Source of the DNA: Planctomycetota bacterium
Lineage (GTDB): Bacteria; Planctomycetota; UBA1135; UBA2386
NCBI GenBank assembly: GCA_016872675.1
Contig: VGZG01000007.1
Span: 2,433-66,432, forward strand
Reading direction: 5' to 3'
DNA: 64,000 nucleotides
Positions 61,691-64,000 of this stretch are shown here, one piece after another. Positions within the stretch are counted from its first letter, which is position 1, and every line of letters starts with the position of its first letter. A program made the translations under genes and the position numbers. The notes under the pieces were generated by a model. That model saw nothing but the letters and a program-made list of their open reading frames with translations, was not told the origin of the DNA and made no database searches.

Positions 61691-63475
61691 GTGTTCCTGC
61701 CGATGCCGCTGCTGCTCGGCCTGCTGGTCAGCGCCGTGCACCGCGAACTGCTGCCGGCGCTGCCCGGCGCCGGCGACTCCACGACCCTGTTAGTGTGGCT
61801 GTTCGCGCTGCTCGTGCCCAAGCTGCTGGCGGTGGCCGCCGCCGCCCGCGCCGCGCGGCTGGTCCTGACCGGCCGGCCGGCGATGGTGGGGCCGCGGGCG
61901 CTGCTGCGGCTGTCGGCCGTCGCCGTGCCGCTCGCCGTGCACGCGCTCTACGCCTACGCCGCCTACGGCGACGTCGTCGACCAACTGGCGCAGGCGAGCC
62001 CGCTGCTCAGCATCGCGCTCGGCGCGCTGCCGGCCTTCCTCGCCGAGTGGATCCGCATCGCGCCGGCCGCTCACGCCGCGGCATGGTGCGACCTCGCCGA
62101 CGACGCGCGCGGCGCTGCCGCCGCGTTCGTGCCCGTGCCGTCGCGCGTCGCCCTGCGCGGCTTCGTGCGCCTGCGCCGCGGGGGCCCGCTGTTCGTGCTG
62201 CTGCCAGTGCTGCTGCTCGGCGCCGGACTCGAGGCCGTTGCGCTCGACCGCTCGCTGCACGTCCTCGCGCTGGTGACCACGCCGGGCGCGATCGCCGGCG
62301 GCATGCTGCTGCTCTTCGCGATCGTCGTATTGCTGCCGCCGTGGTTTCGGTTCGCTTTCGCCGTGCAGCCGTTGCCCGAGCCGCCGGCCGCGGCTCTGCG
62401 GGCGACGGCGCGGGCGCTCGGCTTCCCGCCGCATCGCGTGCAGCAGCTGCCGACCGGGATGCACGCGCTCAACGCCATGCTGGTCGGGCCGCTGCCGTTC
62501 GGCCGCACGCTGTGCCTGACCGATGGCATCGTGCGCGAACTTGACGCCGACTCGCTCGCCGGCGTCGTCGCGCATGAGGTCGGCCACGCCAAGAAGGGCC
62601 ATCCCACGCTGTTGCTCACGCTCGTCGTCGTCGTGCCGCTGCTTGCCATGGCGCCGCTGCGCCTGCTGGGCGTCGAATCGATGGACCAGCTCACTCAGGC
62701 TGCGCTCGCGCTCGTCGCCGCCGCTGTCGCGTGGCTGGCGGTGCGCGCGCTGGCGCACCGCTTCGAACACGAGGCCGACGTCGCCTCGGTCGCAGCGCTC
62801 GGCAGTGAGCCGTGCGCGCGCGCGCTGCTGGTCGTCTCGCGCCTAGCGCAGCCAGCGCCGCACGGCTGGCTCGGTCGCGTGCTCAGCCTGCACCCCGACG
62901 AGCCCGACCGTTGGCGCACGATGCGCCGCTACGAGAGCGATCCGGGCTTCCGCGCCGCGTTCGACCGCGGTTCGCGCGCGCTCCGCGCCGGCATCGCGGC
63001 GACTGCCCTGGCTGCGGTCGGCGCCGCCGCATGGGCGGCCGCGGTCGAGTGGCCGCGCGAAGCCGTCGTCTGGCGGTTGCATGCGGGTGACCACGCCGGC
63101 GCGCTGCGCCTCGCCGCCTCGCTCGGCGAAGTTCCGCCGCACTGGCGTGATGCGTGGCCCCGCGTCGCCGAGGACCTCGCCGTGGCGCAGGCGCTCGCGC
63201 CGGCGGCGACGGACTGGGCGTCTGCCAAGGCGGAATTGTGGCCCGCGGCCTGGACGCGCGGGGTCGACGTGCTGCTCGCGGAAGGTCCGGCGTCGGCGCG
63301 GCCGTGGCTGGCGATGGCGCTCGGTGCCATCGACACGGCCACGCCGGTGCAGCGGGCGCTGCTGGGCTGGTGCGAAGCGGCGGCCGATGGCGATCCGGAC
63401 CGCATGGCCGCGATCGGCGACGTGGTGCGCCGGCTCGGCGTGCCGCCGCGGCTGAAGCCGGCGTTCGCGCAGTGA
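61691..63475 (+). CDS. M48 (HtpX/Ste24-like) membrane zinc metalloprotease
   Basis: Multiple TM helices; 'LNAM', 'AHEVGH', 'EHEAD', 'LHP'. Confidence 0.78.
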   Translation: MFLPMPLLLGLLVSAVHRELLPALPGAGDSTTLLVWLFALLVPKLLAVAAAARAARLVLTGRPAMVGPRALLRLSAVAVPLAVHALYAYAAYGDVVDQLAQASPLLSIALGALPAFLAEWIRIAPAAHAAAWCDLADDARGAAAAFVPVPSRVALRGFVRLRRGGPLFVLLPVLLLGAGLEAVALDRSLHVLALVTTPGAIAGGMLLLFAIVVLLPPWFRFAFAVQPLPEPPAAALRATARALGFPPHRVQQLPTGMHALNAMLVGPLPFGRTLCLTDGIVRELDADSLAGVVAHEVGHAKKGHPTLLLTLVVVVPLLAMAPLRLLGVESMDQLTQAALALVAAAVAWLAVRALAHRFEHEADVASVAALGSEPCARALLVVSRLAQPAPHGWLGRVLSLHPDEPDRWRTMRRYESDPGFRAAFDRGSRALRAGIAATALAAVGAAAWAAAVEWPREAVVWRLHAGDHAGALRLAASLGEVPPHWRDAWPRVAEDLAVAQALAPAATDWASAKAELWPAAWTRGVDVLLAEGPASARPWLAMALGAIDTATPVQRALLGWCEAAADGDPDRMAAIGDVVRRLGVPPRLKPAFAQ

Positions 63476-63557
63476 CGGCGCACCACGTCGCGGTCTTGTC
63501 GTCACGCTGCCGTCGGCGAAGGCCGGCGGACTGCGGCTGTTCGCGCGCTGCGCCCTG

Positions 63558-64000
63558 TCAGTAGCGATTGACCTCAACGGCCCACTGCAGCGCCTGCCGC
63601 CAGACCTCGTTGCCGCGGCGGTCGAACTCGCGAACGCGCGTGTTCTCGGCCACCAGCGTGTTGCCGTTGGGCAGCCGGTCCGCGTCGCTCGGCGAGTTGA
63701 GGCCGGTGATCTCGAACACGACCTTGCCGTCGCGGTCGAACTCCTGCACCACGCCCTTGCTGCGCAGCGTGACCAGCGTGTTGCCGTTCTGCAGCCGTTC
63801 GACGTCGTGCGCGCTCGGCAGGCCCTTGAGCTCCCACGCGATCTCGCCGGCGGGCGTGACCTCGAGCACCCGCTCCTTCGTCGCGTCGGCGATCAGCGTG
63901 TTGCCGTTGGGCAGGCGATCGACGTCGAGCGGCCGGATCTCCTTGGCGTACGTCCACACGACCTTGCCGTCCTTGTCGACCTCGACGACGCGGCTCGCGT
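63558..64000 (-). CDS. Beta-propeller repeat protein (5' end outside window)
   Basis: Three repeats of 'DxxRLxNGNTL...VxE...G...W'; frame continues past the window end. Confidence 0.7.
   Translation of the reverse strand, partial: ASRVVEVDKDGKVVWTYAKEIRPLDVDRLPNGNTLIADATKERVLEVTPAGEIAWELKGLPSAHDVERLQNGNTLVTLRSKGVVQEFDRDGKVVFEITGLNSPSDADRLPNGNTLVAENTRVREFDRRGNEVWRQALQWAVEVNRY

Overview
High-GC bacterial chromosomal window, probably from a Planctomycetota-like organism (inferred from gene content and protein styles, not tested). It spans the likely replication-origin region. Contents in order: (1) a stand-alone MshEN/GspE-N protein, an MlaF-MlaE fusion and a double-MCE protein with a trypsin-like tail; (2) gyrB-dciA-dnaN-[oriC candidate]-dnaA; (3) a cysteine desulfurase and a complete bacillithiol pathway (bshA, bshB1, bshC) interleaved with an orphan ParA, a degenerate HATPase-like protein and pyrF; (4) three-gene pnt transhydrogenase; (5) SWIM plus SNF2 helicase genes directly behind an alternative complex III (actA-F), SCO and A2-type caa3 oxidase operon; (6) an SGNH / carbamoyltransferase / SxtJ / SxtK-like cassette, a sigma-70 factor and hemW; (7) secreted hypothetical proteins and an HNH nuclease; (8) parAB with a consensus parS inside parB; (9) a metallophosphoesterase, a large PIG-L protein, a 66-bp tandem-repeat protein, a collapsed beta-CASP nuclease remnant, dapF, lemA, a catalytically altered SDR, TPR and M48 proteins. 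I recognised no CRISPR array, rRNA, tRNA or transposase. The best leads for undescribed biology are the two-gene MCE system with a pseudo-protease domain, the origin-linked bacillithiol-desulfurase-ParA cluster, the non-canonical DnaA-box origin and the SNF2/SWIM pair coupled to the respiratory operon through a probable CTG start. All assignments come from reading motifs by eye; no searches were run.
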